This document shows positions 28,558 to 37,825 of a DNA stretch of 61,875 bases, one piece after another. The notes under the pieces are model-generated. The model ran no database searches. It saw nothing but the letters and a program-made list of their open reading frames with translations, and was not told the DNA's origin. Source of the stretch: Flavobacteriales bacterium (lineage in GTDB: Bacteria > Bacteroidota > Bacteroidia > Flavobacteriales > JANQLC01); the NCBI GenBank assembly GCA_036881805.1, contig JBAJNK010000009.1, forward strand, positions 1 through 61,875. Reading direction: 5' to 3'. Position 1 is the first letter of the stretch, and the number at the start of each line of letters is the position of its first letter. A program made the position numbers and the translations under genes.

Positions 28558-29130
28558 ATGGCCACCACTGCGGACATCAGAAAGGGCTTGTGCATCGCTT
28601 ACAGCAAGGATATTTTTAAGGTCGTCGACTTTTTGCATGTGAAGCCCGGTAAAGGCCCCGCTTTTGTGCGGACAAAACTGAGGAGCTTGACCACTGGAAA
28701 GCTGTTGGAGAGCACTTTTTCGGCCGGCCATAGGATCGATGAAGTACGCGTAGAAACCCGAGCGTACCAATACCTATACGCAGACAACCATGGATTTCAC
28801 TTTATGAATACCGGCGATTACACCCAGGTTTATATCGATAAAAAATATGTGGACCACGCCGATCTCATGAAAGGTGGAGAGACGGTGCAAATCACTTGTA
28901 ACGCAGCAGACGAAACGCCGCTTTCAGTAGTACTGCCTGCCACTGTAAGGCTCCAAGTGACGCGGAGTGCTCCAGGCGTAAAGGGAAATACGGCTGCGCA
29001 TGCCACCAAGCCCGCCACTTTGGAAACCGGTGCTGAAGTACAGGTGCCCCTCTTTATTGAAGCCGGTGATTTTGTCGAGATCAACACGACAGATGGCTCT
29101 TACTCAGCGCGTGTCAACAAGGGTGGATAA
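28558..29130 (+). CDS. efp: elongation factor P
   Basis: 190 aa with the KPGKGPAFVRTKL loop. Confidence 0.9.
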   Translation: MATTADIRKGLCIAYSKDIFKVVDFLHVKPGKGPAFVRTKLRSLTTGKLLESTFSAGHRIDEVRVETRAYQYLYADNHGFHFMNTGDYTQVYIDKKYVDHADLMKGGETVQITCNAADETPLSVVLPATVRLQVTRSAPGVKGNTAAHATKPATLETGAEVQVPLFIEAGDFVEINTTDGSYSARVNKGG

Positions 29131-29181
29131 AAGCTATGCCCCAAAACAGGGGTACATATTAATTCGTATCTAAAATAAAAG

Positions 29182-30051
29182 ATGAGCATATTAGTCGACT
29201 CGAACTCCCGAATAATCGTACAGGGTTTTACCGGCTCGGAAGGGTCCTTTCATTCGGAACAGATGATCGCTTACGGCAGCTGTGTGGTGGGCGGCGTTAC
29301 CCCTGGAAAAGGCGGAGGTCAACATCTCGGCAAGCCGATTTTTAATACCGTAGATGAAGCGGTAAAAGCGACCGCTGCGGATGTGAGTATTCTCTTTGTT
29401 CCCCCGCCCTTTGCTGCCGATGCCATTATGGAGGCTGCTGATTCGGGTATCCGAGTCATCGTAGCCATTACCGAGGGGATTCCGGTGTCGGATATGGTCG
29501 GGGTAAAGCAATACCTGAGCGGTCGCACAGCTCGTTTGATCGGACCCAACTGTCCGGGTGTCATCACCCCGGGGGCGGTCAAGGCGGGAATCATGCCCGG
29601 TTTTGTGTTTAAGCCCGGCCGGGTCGGCGTGATATCCAGGTCTGGGACCTTGACCTACGAAGCGGCCAGTCAGGTGGTCCAGTCTAATTATGGCATTTCT
29701 ACGGCCATCGGTATCGGTGGTGATCCGATTATCGGTACGACGACTCGAGAAGCCTTAGCGCTCTTCATGGATGACGATGAAACGGATTGCGTGGTTGTGA
29801 TCGGTGAAATCGGCGGGCAGCTCGAAGCAGATGCCGCGCGTTGGTATAGCCAAAACCCCCAAAAACCGGTCGTGGGATTCATCGCTGGTCAAACCGCACC
29901 CAAAGGCCGAACGATGGGACATGCCGGTGCCATTGTAGGCGGTGCGGATGATACAGCACGAGCCAAAATGAAAATTATGACTGAAAACGGTATTCACGTA
30001 GTCGAATCACCAGCTGATATCGGCAAAGGCGTAGCTGCGGTTTTGGGATAA
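29182..30051 (+). CDS. sucD: succinate--CoA ligase alpha subunit
   Basis: 289 aa with SRSGTLTYE and GHAGAI (phosphohistidine loop). Confidence 0.9.
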   Translation: MSILVDSNSRIIVQGFTGSEGSFHSEQMIAYGSCVVGGVTPGKGGGQHLGKPIFNTVDEAVKATAADVSILFVPPPFAADAIMEAADSGIRVIVAITEGIPVSDMVGVKQYLSGRTARLIGPNCPGVITPGAVKAGIMPGFVFKPGRVGVISRSGTLTYEAASQVVQSNYGISTAIGIGGDPIIGTTTREALALFMDDDETDCVVVIGEIGGQLEADAARWYSQNPQKPVVGFIAGQTAPKGRTMGHAGAIVGGADDTARAKMKIMTENGIHVVESPADIGKGVAAVLG

Positions 30052-30088
30052 TGCCCGGCTCGGATAAATACGGGAACTACAACTCGAT

Positions 30089-31180
30089 TCACAAATTTTT
30101 GGAAATGTACTGAACGATGCGAAATTCGGAAAAGAACTCTTTTAAAATCACTTTTAAAGCGGTATAAGCCGGGATGGCAATAATCATTCCGACGATGCCG
30201 AAAAGCGTTCCACTCGTTAAGATGACCAGGAAGATCTCCAAAGGGTGTGATTTGACACTGTTGGAATAGATGAGCGGTTGACTGACAAAATTATCGAATA
30301 CCTGTGCCAGCAAATAACCGCTCAAAATGTAGAGCGCTGTGGGAAGCGCACGGTTCATGAAGTTTTGCCCGATCTGGCTTGAGAGCGCCAACAGGGTCAT
30401 CAGGATACCACCGATAAAGGGCCCTAGGTAGGGGATTATATTGAGCAATGCGGCGAGAAAAGCGATGACGATGGCATTGGGGATTCCGAATACCAGCAGG
30501 ATCAGGGTGTAAAAGGCAAATAAGATGCTGAGCTGTAGGAAGAGGCCTAAGAAGTATTGGGAGAGCAGGCGGTGTATTTTGATCAAAGCCCGTTTTACGC
30601 TGGGTATGTATTTTTGAGGGATAAGCGCATAGATCGGGTCGCTCATATTTTTGTCGTTCAACATAAAGAAAAAGGATATGAACAACACCGAGAGTAGCCC
30701 TACGGTAAAATTTCCTATGACACCGAACAGCTGGTTTAGGAGGTTGGGTATGATTTGCAGGTTTTTAGAATTGAAGAACCCGTAATCCTTTAAATCGGTT
30801 AAAATGTGAATGTGGTATTGAGACAGATATGTATCCACCTGATCCAACCATTCGTCAACCCGCAGCTCAAACTCCTGTATATCGAGTAGAGAGAGGTTTT
30901 GTGATTGGCTCGATATAAGCGGTACGAGCAGGCCTACCGTTGTAGATACCACCGTTACGATGATAAGGAGGGTAGCGATCACGCTGGCGACATTTGGAAT
31001 TTTGAGTCTCTTCAAGACCTTGACCAATCTCGAACCGATAAGGGATACCACAGCTGCGATGGCTATATATGTGATGATTATGCGAATCGCATAGAGAAAC
31101 CAAACGCATACACACACAAAGAGTATTACAAAACAGGCTTGTAAAATGCCCTTGGCTATCTCATTGGTCTGCCACTTCAT
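30089..31180 (-). CDS. AI-2E family (PerM/UPF0118) transporter
   Basis: Polytopic membrane protein. I took the start at the internal ATG (MKWQTNEIAKG) because the upstream extension runs toward repeat array C. Confidence 0.7.
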   Translation of the reverse strand: MKWQTNEIAKGILQACFVILFVCVCVWFLYAIRIIITYIAIAAVVSLIGSRLVKVLKRLKIPNVASVIATLLIIVTVVSTTVGLLVPLISSQSQNLSLLDIQEFELRVDEWLDQVDTYLSQYHIHILTDLKDYGFFNSKNLQIIPNLLNQLFGVIGNFTVGLLSVLFISFFFMLNDKNMSDPIYALIPQKYIPSVKRALIKIHRLLSQYFLGLFLQLSILFAFYTLILLVFGIPNAIVIAFLAALLNIIPYLGPFIGGILMTLLALSSQIGQNFMNRALPTALYILSGYLLAQVFDNFVSQPLIYSNSVKSHPLEIFLVILTSGTLFGIVGMIIAIPAYTALKVILKEFFSEFRIVQYISKNL

Positions 31181-31254
31181 AGCGGCAAAGGTAAAAAAAT
31201 AAGGATCGGCTATAAGACCCTTAATGCAGCCTTGCTGAGGTGACACCTTTGCCC

Positions 31255-31520
31255 AATGGGGTTCAGTTTAAAAAGAGTCGTCAGCTATGCTGACTGCTAC
31301 ATATCCCGACTTGGATGGGGTCTGAAAAGGATACTTTTTTTGTTTTCTGATCTTTTGTGGTGATTTAAAAAGCGCGCTTATTTTTTCCCTTACGGATTAG
31401 AAAAGTCCAATGCTGTCTTTAAAAAAATTGAGTTCAGGTGATCTGAGAGTCGGAGCGCATCCCTTTGTTTTTGACCTTTTGGATCGATTTAAAAGGTCTA
31501 TTTTTCTGTGCTTGTCTCCT
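31255..31520 (+). repeat. array C of the ~44-bp intergenic repeat family
   Basis: Units include cagtttaaaaagag, gtctgaaaaggatactttttttg, gatttaaaaagcgcgcttatttttt and cgatttaaaaggtctattttt. It contains the long module gtcagctatgctgactgctacatatcccgacttgg. Confidence 0.75.
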
Positions 31521-31530
31521 ATATGATCGC

Positions 31531-33321
31531 TTAGAAAGTCAGTCCATCGTTTTGGATTAAATCGGCTGCTATGGATTTTCGCAATGCGATGGGATTGGGA
31601 AGGTGGGTATACCGGGTAAAGCGCTTTAGCCCCATGCGCATCATTTGCTGCTCGTCACCTTCGACAGTGGAAAGAATGGCTTCCCGCCCATTTTTACCGA
31701 GTTTTTCCAATGCGTTATACAGGTTGAGTCTTGCCATATAGACCTGGGTTTGCACGCGATCTGCACCCTTTTGCGCAGCGGCTTTCTTCGTAGCGAGTAG
31801 TGCGGATTCGGCTGTATAGGTTTCGATAACCATATCGGCTATATTCAGTAAGATCTGTTGCTGTTCTCGCAGCTTTGCACCGAATTTTTCCACCGCTTTT
31901 GCGGCTACCATCAAGACGGCTTTCTTCATCTCACCGACGAGCTCCAATTCTTCCGAGAGCAATTCGCTATAATCCGGTGTCTCAAAAGCGGGAATATCCA
32001 TGAGTTCTTTCCCGACCTTCAAGGCGGGTCCCATCAAATCCAACTGACCTTTCATCGCGCGTTTGACCAACATGCCTACCGTGAGCAGCCGGTTGATCTC
32101 ATTGGTGCCTTCGTAAATCCTCGCTATCCGCGCATCACGCCAGGCAGCTTCCATAGGGGTATCCGCCGAGAAGCCCATCCCACCGTAAATTTGGATTCCC
32201 GCATCGGAACAATCCTGTGCGGCTTCTGAGGCGTAAACCTTCAAAATGGCGCATTCGATGGCGTATTCTGCCACACTTTTTAATTCGGCTTCTGGTTCTC
32301 TGGCTTTTTTCAATGCTGCAATGGCTTCTTCTATATTGTGTCCCGTGCGGTAGCAGCTCGTTTCACTGGCGTAATAACGCGTAGCCATCTCTGCCAGTTT
32401 GTACTGAATCGCCCCAAACGCCGAGATGGGTTGCTCGAATTGTTTTCGCTTATTCGCATAGCGGATGCAGTTGCCAATCACGCGGCGTTGCGCATCTAAG
32501 CAAGCAGCTGCTAGTCTGATGCGCCCGATATTTAAAGCGTTTACCGCAATTTTGAATCCGCCGTTGCGCTCGCCGAGCAAGTGGTCGGCAGGTACCTTTG
32601 TTTCGTTGAAGAAGACCTGTCGGGTGGAAGAGGCTCGAATGCCCAGCTTGTTCGCTTCTTCACCCAGGGTGATGCCGTTGGGGTTATCCGGGTCGTATTC
32701 CACCACAAAACCCGTGATGTTTTTATCGTCTTCGATGCGTGCAAACACGATAAAGACGCGGGCGAAGCCCGCATTGGAGATCCATATTTTTTGTCCGGTT
32801 ATCGCGTAGTGTTTTCCATCTTCCGAGCGCACGGCTTTGGTTTTGCCAGAATTGGCATCCGAACCGGCATCCGGTTCGGTCAGGCAATAGGCACCAAACC
32901 ACTCACCACTGGTCAATTTGGGCAAGTATTTTTTCTTGATTTTCTCGCTACCGTAGATCAGTATGGGCGAGATGCTGATGCCCGTATGTGCCCCAAAAGC
33001 CGTTGCGATGGAGCCTGTACCGCCTGAAATGCGGTCGCAAACCAGCATGCTGGATACGAATCCCATACCCAAGCCGCCGTATGCTTCGGGAACGCCTACC
33101 TTCAGCAAGCCCAAATCGCCTGCTTTGCGCATGATTTCCTCGGTAAACGCATAGTCTTTGCATTCAAATCGTGCCTTGTTAGGCCAGATCTCTCTATCGA
33201 CAAATGCCGTGGTGGAGTCGGCCAGCATTTTTTGTTCTTCATCGAAATCACAACTGGTAAAAACGTCTTCAGCAAGCGTTTCCCGGATTAGAAATGTGCC
33301 GCCTGGGGTTCTACTACTCAT
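31531..33321 (-). CDS. fadE: long-form acyl-CoA dehydrogenase (FadE type)
   Basis: 596 aa with the ACAD N/M/C domains and a C-terminal extension. It is the last gene of the fadN-fadA-fadE operon. Confidence 0.85.
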   Translation of the reverse strand: MSSRTPGGTFLIRETLAEDVFTSCDFDEEQKMLADSTTAFVDREIWPNKARFECKDYAFTEEIMRKAGDLGLLKVGVPEAYGGLGMGFVSSMLVCDRISGGTGSIATAFGAHTGISISPILIYGSEKIKKKYLPKLTSGEWFGAYCLTEPDAGSDANSGKTKAVRSEDGKHYAITGQKIWISNAGFARVFIVFARIEDDKNITGFVVEYDPDNPNGITLGEEANKLGIRASSTRQVFFNETKVPADHLLGERNGGFKIAVNALNIGRIRLAAACLDAQRRVIGNCIRYANKRKQFEQPISAFGAIQYKLAEMATRYYASETSCYRTGHNIEEAIAALKKAREPEAELKSVAEYAIECAILKVYASEAAQDCSDAGIQIYGGMGFSADTPMEAAWRDARIARIYEGTNEINRLLTVGMLVKRAMKGQLDLMGPALKVGKELMDIPAFETPDYSELLSEELELVGEMKKAVLMVAAKAVEKFGAKLREQQQILLNIADMVIETYTAESALLATKKAAAQKGADRVQTQVYMARLNLYNALEKLGKNGREAILSTVEGDEQQMMRMGLKRFTRYTHLPNPIALRKSIAADLIQNDGLTF

Positions 33322-33340
33322 ATTTTCTATGTTTAAAGCA

Positions 33341-34522
33341 TTAGTTCAACAATTCAAAAATACTGGCAGCACCTTGGCCGGTACCCACACACATGGTGAC
33401 GAGCCCGTATCGGTTGCCGCGTTTCTGCATTTCGTTTAACAATTGCACGGTGAGTTTGGTACCCGTACAACCCAAGGGGTGTCCCAAAGCGATGGCACCT
33501 CCATTTACATTGGTGATCTCGGGATTGAGTTCCAACTGGCGAATAACGGCAAGCGATTGAGAAGCAAAGGCTTCGTTGAGTTCCACCAGTTCGATATCGC
33601 GCAGTTTCATTCCAGCGCTTTTCAAAGCTTTGGGAACCGCTTCTACCGGGGCTATACCCATGATGCGGGGTTCTACCCCTGCTGTGGCATAGGAGACCAA
33701 GCGAGCCAGGGGTTTCAGCTCATACCTTTTGACCATGGATTCAGACATTATCAATGTAAAGGCAGCGCCATCGGAGGTCTGCGAGGAATTTCCAGCGGTT
33801 ACCGTGCCCCCTTGTGCAAAGACGGGCCTCAGTTTGGCCAAGGCTTCCCGTGAGCTATCCGCGCGTGGGCCTTCATCTTTGGTAAAAGTGGTGGACCTCG
33901 TCGTCTTTTTACCGTTTTCCAGCGTTGTATATGCGATGTCTAGCGGGGCGATTTCACCCTCGAAACGGTTCTCAGCCTGCGCTTTGCACGCGCGTTGGTG
34001 TGAGGTAAAAGCAAATGCGTCCTGGTCTTCACGACTGACGTGGAATGCTTGGGCGACTGCCTCGGCGGTGAGTCCCATATTGTAGTAATAATCTTCGTGT
34101 CCTCGGTGGACCAATTGGTAAGCCGGTACGGGCTTGAAGCCGCCCATCGGTATATACGACATGCTCTCCGCACCGCCGGCGATGATGCATTCGCCCATGC
34201 CGTTTCGAATTTTGGCGACAGCTGTGGCGATGGATTCAGACCCCGATGCGCAGTAGCGGTTGATGGTAAGGCCCGGAACCGCGACGGTATCCAAGGCGAG
34301 CAGCGATATGATTCGCCCTATGTTTAAGCCTTGTTCTGCTTCAGGCATGGCATTTCCGACGATGACGTCGTCGATTTCGTCTTTGTTCAAATCGGGTACG
34401 TCTGCCAGCACGCGTTTAATGGTAGCTGCGGCCATCTCATCGGTGCGCGTAAAGCGCAGTGAACCGCGGGGTGCTCTGCCCACTGCCGTTCGATATCCGG
34501 TAACGATGTAGGCTTCTCTCAT
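33341..34522 (-). CDS. fadA: acetyl-CoA C-acyltransferase (3-ketoacyl-CoA thiolase)
   Basis: 393 aa with the thiolase Cys NRYCASG plus GGAIALGHPLGCTG and CVGTGQG. Confidence 0.9.
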   Translation of the reverse strand: MREAYIVTGYRTAVGRAPRGSLRFTRTDEMAAATIKRVLADVPDLNKDEIDDVIVGNAMPEAEQGLNIGRIISLLALDTVAVPGLTINRYCASGSESIATAVAKIRNGMGECIIAGGAESMSYIPMGGFKPVPAYQLVHRGHEDYYYNMGLTAEAVAQAFHVSREDQDAFAFTSHQRACKAQAENRFEGEIAPLDIAYTTLENGKKTTRSTTFTKDEGPRADSSREALAKLRPVFAQGGTVTAGNSSQTSDGAAFTLIMSESMVKRYELKPLARLVSYATAGVEPRIMGIAPVEAVPKALKSAGMKLRDIELVELNEAFASQSLAVIRQLELNPEITNVNGGAIALGHPLGCTGTKLTVQLLNEMQKRGNRYGLVTMCVGTGQGAASIFELLN

Positions 34523-34529
34523 CTCATTC

Positions 34530-36926
34530 TCAATTTCGCAATGGTTTTCCCGTTTTCAATATGTGTTGTATACGTGCTAAGGTTTTCTTTTCCGTACAGA
34601 GAGACAAGAAGGCTTCGCGTTCCAAGTCTAATAAATACTGTTCACTCACGTAAGTGGCTTCGGACAGATCGCCGCCAGCCATCACATAAGCCAGTTTTCC
34701 AGCTACCTTTTTGTCGTGCTCCGAGATGTAATTTCCGGCCGACAGACTGTCTGCGCCGACTAGAAATACACCCAACGCCTGTTTACCCAGCACTTTTACC
34801 GGTGTTGGAACCGGTTTGGTGTAGCCGTTTTCAGCCCTTGCCAAAGCGCATTGTTTGGCTGCGGCAATTCGCCGCTCATCCTGAACGACCACGAGGTCTC
34901 TGCCCGCTTTTAAGAAACCCGATGCAAATGCCTCATAAGCCGAAGTGGAAACCCGAGCCATGCCGATGGTGGTGAAGTGATCTCGCAGGCGATTGAGTTC
35001 TACATCCCCTTTGTGGAAGGTTTCAGCAGCGCGTTGGGTCATTTCTTTGGAACCGCCTCCAGCGGGGATTAGGCCTACACTGCACTCCACTAAGCCCATA
35101 TAGGTTTCCGCTGCAGCTACGACTCGATCTGCGTGTAAGCACAGTTCGCAACTGCCACCCAGCGTCATCGCATGGGGTGCGGCTACTACCGGGATAGCGC
35201 TGTAGCGGATGCGCATCAACGCATGCTGAAAAGTCTGTACCGCCCGGTTGAGTTCTTCGTATTCCCGCTCGACGGCCAGCATAAAAATCATACTTAGGTT
35301 GGCACCTGCGGAGAAATTTTGGCCCTGGTTGGCTATGACAACACCTTGAAAATCTCTTTCAGCGATTTCGATTCCTTTGTTTAGGCCCTGAATCACTTCG
35401 CCGCCGATTGCATTCATCTTGGATCGGAACTCGATATTGAGAATGCCATCGCCCAAATCTTCAATCGCACAACCTCGGTTTTTCCAAACCGTGGTAGTGG
35501 GACGTATGTTACTCAATGTGATGTAATGCGCCTGTCCGGGTATGGTTTGGTAATCGCCTGTTTTTATATCGTAGTAATACCGGGTACCCTTTTCGTCTAC
35601 CCGGTAGAAATTCGCCATGCCTTTGCGCTGCATCTCACCGACCCATTTGGCCACTTCACAGTGGTTTTCCTTCGCAATGCGAATGCCCACTCGTATCCCT
35701 ACGGCATCCCATATTTCAAATGGCCCTTGTCGCCAACCGAAACCGGCGCGTATGGCATCGTCGATTCGATACAGTTCATCTGCGATTTCGGGAATGCGGT
35801 GGCTCACGTAGGCGAACAAGCTGCCCAGGGTGCTGCGGTAAAATGCAGCGGCTTTGTCCGTTCCTTTGATTAAGAAGGGAAATCGATCGGAGATACCGTC
35901 GATTCGCTTGGCGCTTTCTAGCGCAGCAAATCGGACTTTCTTGCGCGCGCGGTAACGCATTGCGTCCAGGTCCAAACTGTGTATTTCGCTCTTCTCGCCT
36001 TTTGTCTTTCGGTAAAAACCCGAACCGGTTTTGGCGCCCAACCAGTTTTTATCCAACATATCTTGGATGTAATCCGGCGGGGAGAAGGTGGCGTTTTGTT
36101 CATCGCCTTTCAATTGCTGTAAGCCTTTGGCAACGCGTACCAAGGTGTCCAGGCCGACGACGTCTACCGTGCGAAAGGTAGCCGATTTGGGTCGGCCGAT
36201 TACCGGGCCGGTGAGCGCGTCGACTTCTTCGATGGTCAGATCGAATTTTTTTACCTCGTGAAACAGCTTCATAATGCTAAAGATGCCCACTCGGTTGGCG
36301 ATGAAAGCGGGTGTATCTTTGCATAAGACCGTGGTCTTTCCCAAGAATTTGGCACCGTACATCAGCAGGAAGTCGATCACCGCTTGCGAAGTGTGGGGGG
36401 CGGGGATCACTTCGAGCAGCTTTAGGTAGCGAGGTGGGTTGAAGAAGTGCGAACCGGCAAAGTGTTTTTGAAAATCTTCACTGCGACCCGCCGCCATGAG
36501 GCCGATGGGAATTCCAGATGTATTCGAGGTGATGAGCGTGCCCGGCCTTCGATACTTTTCAATTTTTTCAAAAACCGATCTCTTAATTTCTAAGCGCTCT
36601 ACCACCGCTTCGACAATCCAATCGACTGCGCTTAGCTCGGGTAAGTCGTCTTCTAAGTTTCCGGTTTGGATGCGCTTGATAAAAGCTTTATCGTATAGGG
36701 GGGCGGGCTTGGATTTAGCGGCTTGGGCCAAGTTTTCCACCGCCATGCGGTTGCGTACGGCTGGGTCTGTCCGGGCTAAGCCTTTGGCCTTTTCTCCTTC
36801 GGTGCATTCGCGCGGCACGACATCGAGCAAAAGCACCGCCACACCGATATTGGCAAAATGGCAGGCAATGCCCGATCCCATAATACCCGATCCGATGACG
36901 GCAACGCGGCTAATTCGCCTCTTCAT
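34530..36926 (-). CDS. fadN: 3-hydroxyacyl-CoA dehydrogenase / enoyl-CoA hydratase fusion (FadN type: dehydrogenase N-terminal, crotonase C-terminal)
   Basis: 798 aa. It has the N-terminal Rossmann motif IGSGIMGSGIA and a C-terminal crotonase-fold region. Confidence 0.85.
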   Translation of the reverse strand: MKRRISRVAVIGSGIMGSGIACHFANIGVAVLLLDVVPRECTEGEKAKGLARTDPAVRNRMAVENLAQAAKSKPAPLYDKAFIKRIQTGNLEDDLPELSAVDWIVEAVVERLEIKRSVFEKIEKYRRPGTLITSNTSGIPIGLMAAGRSEDFQKHFAGSHFFNPPRYLKLLEVIPAPHTSQAVIDFLLMYGAKFLGKTTVLCKDTPAFIANRVGIFSIMKLFHEVKKFDLTIEEVDALTGPVIGRPKSATFRTVDVVGLDTLVRVAKGLQQLKGDEQNATFSPPDYIQDMLDKNWLGAKTGSGFYRKTKGEKSEIHSLDLDAMRYRARKKVRFAALESAKRIDGISDRFPFLIKGTDKAAAFYRSTLGSLFAYVSHRIPEIADELYRIDDAIRAGFGWRQGPFEIWDAVGIRVGIRIAKENHCEVAKWVGEMQRKGMANFYRVDEKGTRYYYDIKTGDYQTIPGQAHYITLSNIRPTTTVWKNRGCAIEDLGDGILNIEFRSKMNAIGGEVIQGLNKGIEIAERDFQGVVIANQGQNFSAGANLSMIFMLAVEREYEELNRAVQTFQHALMRIRYSAIPVVAAPHAMTLGGSCELCLHADRVVAAAETYMGLVECSVGLIPAGGGSKEMTQRAAETFHKGDVELNRLRDHFTTIGMARVSTSAYEAFASGFLKAGRDLVVVQDERRIAAAKQCALARAENGYTKPVPTPVKVLGKQALGVFLVGADSLSAGNYISEHDKKVAGKLAYVMAGGDLSEATYVSEQYLLDLEREAFLSLCTEKKTLARIQHILKTGKPLRN

Positions 36927-37164
36927 GCGTTGTAGTGGATTTATAGGTTTGTTTTCTGCCGATCAAAATATATGGTTTTTCAGCGCCTTTATGTGCTGCA
37001 ATGCGCTCATTTTGTTGATTCACGGGAGTAAGGTACAAAAAATACGGCACTTACATAGTAAATTTTATCAGTTTTTGGTTGATCCCAGCGCTACCATTGT
37101 ACTTTCCTCGCCTGTAAAGCCTGTACGAAGGGCTTTAACCATTTGATCCCATTCTAAATAAAAG

Positions 37165-37800
37165 CGGCTAGCGCTTCAGATCGATCCCGCCGACCACAGG
37201 GACGGAAAATAAGCCCACTTTTTAAACCGACTCACAAGACAAATACCAAAGGTAAAAAAAAGCAAAAAAACAATTCTGGGATTTTAAGAACACGCACACA
37301 GGAATAAAAAAAGCCCCCTTCAGATGCCACACAGCACGAGCACCAAAAAATAAGACGCCACTTTTTAGAACAGCCTATAGCGGCAAACCCAAAAAAGCAA
37401 ATCCACCTTTTTAAACCATTGTGCACAGATAAAGAGGCGAGACAAATATGCGATAGCAGGCACTGCGCTGCCCCAGGGGCAAACACGAGGAGTAAGCCCC
37501 TTTTTAAATGACTCCCATTCCCATATGATTTACGTCAAGAGCACAAAAAAACAAACCCTGCTTTTCAGTTCGCCAACCGGAGCAAACACCGACTTTTTAA
37601 ACCGTCATAAAAAAGAGTAAGACCTAAAAAAACAAGGCTGGGGTTGCATTGGATTGCTATAGCCGTGCCGGGATAAAACCAAAAAACACTTTATTTTTCA
37701 AACCCGCACAAAAGGGTGGAACCCGAAAAATAAATCCTGCCTTCAAACTGCCCCACAGCAGACAAAGCCAAAAAATAAGGCTGACTTTTCAGCCAGCCTT
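37165..37800 (-). repeat. array D of the ~44-bp intergenic repeat family (units on the minus strand)
   Basis: The plus strand shows aaaataagcccactttttaaacc, aaaaaagcccccttcagatg, aaaaataagacgccactttttagaac, aaaaaagcaaatccacctttttaaacc and similar. It contains 69-nt and ~165-nt modules shared with array B. Confidence 0.85.
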
Positions 37801-37825
37801 GGGTATTCAAAAAAAGGGGTAACAC

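Noticed and set aside
37036-37068. Shared 13-mer aaaaatacggcac (plus nearby attttatc) upstream of both fadN (about 37040) and the receptor/gyrA spacer (about 40530) as a common operator
   Set aside because: In a 62-kb window, tens of chance 13-mer coincidences are expected when both strands are considered. The flanking alignment needs gaps. At 40530 the sequence is already explained as promoter spacer.
36496-37146. 216-aa plus-strand ORF overlapping the fadN 5' end and its upstream region
   Set aside because: It is antisense to the well-supported fadN N-terminus, has a Ser/Ala/Thr-rich low-information composition and has no motif support.
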